In this document: piece by piece, positions 23,992-24,932 of the stretch | Layout of the letters: every line of letters begins with the position of its first letter | Position numbering within the stretch: position 1 is the stretch's first letter | IMG/VR virus record: IMGVR_UViG_3300037468_000575 | Coordinates: 64,001 to 88,932 of that record | From: a virus | Taxonomy: Duplodnaviria; Heunggongvirae; Uroviricota; Caudoviricetes | Length of the DNA stretch: 24,932 bases | Reading direction: 5' to 3' (one strand) | Position numbers and translations under genes: made by a program | Notes under the pieces: generated by a model | The model's database searches: none | Told to the model about the DNA's origin: nothing | What the model saw: only the letters and a program-made list of their open reading frames with translations

Positions 23992-24915
23992 CTATAGAAG
24001 ATATGCTGTATTCCCTTCATCTTTAACATTAACTTTTTTCGTTTCTTCACTTTGAGTAATTCTGACATCACAAAATTTATGATAAGCACAAAAATTACAT
24101 GTATCTTTTGTAGCTCCTAATGCTTCAGGAACAACAGAAGCCATTAAAGATTTTTGTAAGATTGTTGCTCGTTTCAAAATATTTTCAGCAATTTCATTAT
24201 TTATTGGAATATCAAATGGAAAAAGTCTTCTAGGACTTCTAGGAATATAAATTATTGTTATTGTTTTTATATTATAGTTATACTCTGTATTTAAAATATA
24301 CGAGTAAACTAAACCTTGATAATAATGATCAGGAACATAAGTTACTACACTTTTTTGCTCATCAACTGATTTTAATTCATAAATATATTCAGAACGTATT
24401 GCATCAATTCTTCCTTTTACTTTATACTTTTCACTAACTACGGTTTTTTCAACTTCATCAAAAACATAAAGATCGGTAACCATTCTGTGAAGTTCATCAC
24501 CTAATTTCCTCATTAAATAAACATACGGAAATTGAAATTGTTTTTTAATATCAATTTCATACTTTTGTCTTGCATAATAAGCTTGACGAATACAGGAAAT
24601 GATTTCTGAAACTGAAATATATGGTCTCTCATATCCTTGAATCTTTTTATATTCGTCAATGAGTTTTGCTCTCATTAGGTTTTCAAAATGCACAACGTCA
24701 AAACCAGGTGTACCTTTATTTCTACCTTTCGGAATCAACTCTTGAAAGTCTTCAATTGTGGCTTGATCAATTATTTTTTTAGTGTGTTGTTCAACTTGTT
24801 TTTTCTGAATTTCCTTATTCTTTTTTAGTATCTCACCTTTATCTGGTTTCGGTACATCTTCTAAATATTTTAATAATTCTTCAAAATCATTGTCACTAGA
24901 TATCTTTTCCACCAT
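23992..24915 (-). CDS. Solo Cas4-like / PD-(D/E)XK exonuclease with a predicted Fe-S cluster
   Basis: ISVSEIISCIRQ, LGDELH, KGRIDAI..EYIYELKS, HYYQGLVY and CNFCAYHKFC give the split 1+3 Cys arrangement of Cas4/AddB-type nucleases. Confidence 0.82.
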   Translation of the reverse strand: MVEKISSDNDFEELLKYLEDVPKPDKGEILKKNKEIQKKQVEQHTKKIIDQATIEDFQELIPKGRNKGTPGFDVVHFENLMRAKLIDEYKKIQGYERPYISVSEIISCIRQAYYARQKYEIDIKKQFQFPYVYLMRKLGDELHRMVTDLYVFDEVEKTVVSEKYKVKGRIDAIRSEYIYELKSVDEQKSVVTYVPDHYYQGLVYSYILNTEYNYNIKTITIIYIPRSPRRLFPFDIPINNEIAENILKRATILQKSLMASVVPEALGATKDTCNFCAYHKFCDVRITQSEETKKVNVKDEGNTAYLL

Positions 24916-24932
24916 TCTCTAAAATTGTTAAT

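Noticed and set aside
781-24437. All plus-strand ORFs in the track (for example 2200-2679, 11254-11529, 12332-12700, 20535-20855, 21535-21825)
   Set aside because: They lie mostly or entirely antisense to well-supported minus-strand genes and show no recognisable motifs; treated as shadow ORFs.
23726-24932. CRISPR-Cas locus suggested by the Cas4-like gene and a nearby repeat
   Set aside because: The repeat is two adjacent in-frame units with no spacers, and there are no cas1, cas2 or array sequences in the window.
1-24932. Stop-codon reassignment (TAG or TGA recoding), as seen in some large phages
   Set aside because: TAG cleanly ends several genes (10038, 15883, 16411, 21882, 23992) and TGA ends others (8002, 18021) right before the next start; conserved genes are intact in code 11.

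Overview
AT-rich fragment of a large tailed-phage (myovirus-like) genome. Every credible gene is on the minus strand. In transcription order (right to left) it contains: (i) a Cas4-like PD-(D/E)XK nuclease, hypothetical genes, an HNH-like protein and a free-standing NUMOD3-HNH endonuclease; (ii) a T4-type baseplate/lysis block with gp53-like wedge, gp5/VgrG-like hub, a PAAR-peptidase M15 fusion and an Amidase_2 enzyme; (iii) an HldE/RfaE-type heptose kinase domain; (iv) a GC-richer accessory island (about 11.7-14.9 kb) with three paralogous genes built from one internally duplicated domain, ending in a structured element and an intrinsic terminator; (v) a phage multi-subunit RNA polymerase operon: a 482-aa possible sigma-like gene, a 152-aa gene, beta', beta and further hypothetical genes. 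The main result is that beta' is a fractured gene. It is broken immediately after the catalytic NADFDGD motif by what reads as a naturally split intein (IntN 132 aa, IntC 52 aa, atypical Ser1 ... Gln-Asp/Thr+1 junctions), with a free-standing HNH endonuclease gene between the halves. The RNAP active site would therefore have to be assembled by protein trans-splicing. All family assignments come from motif recognition by eye; no database searches were run.
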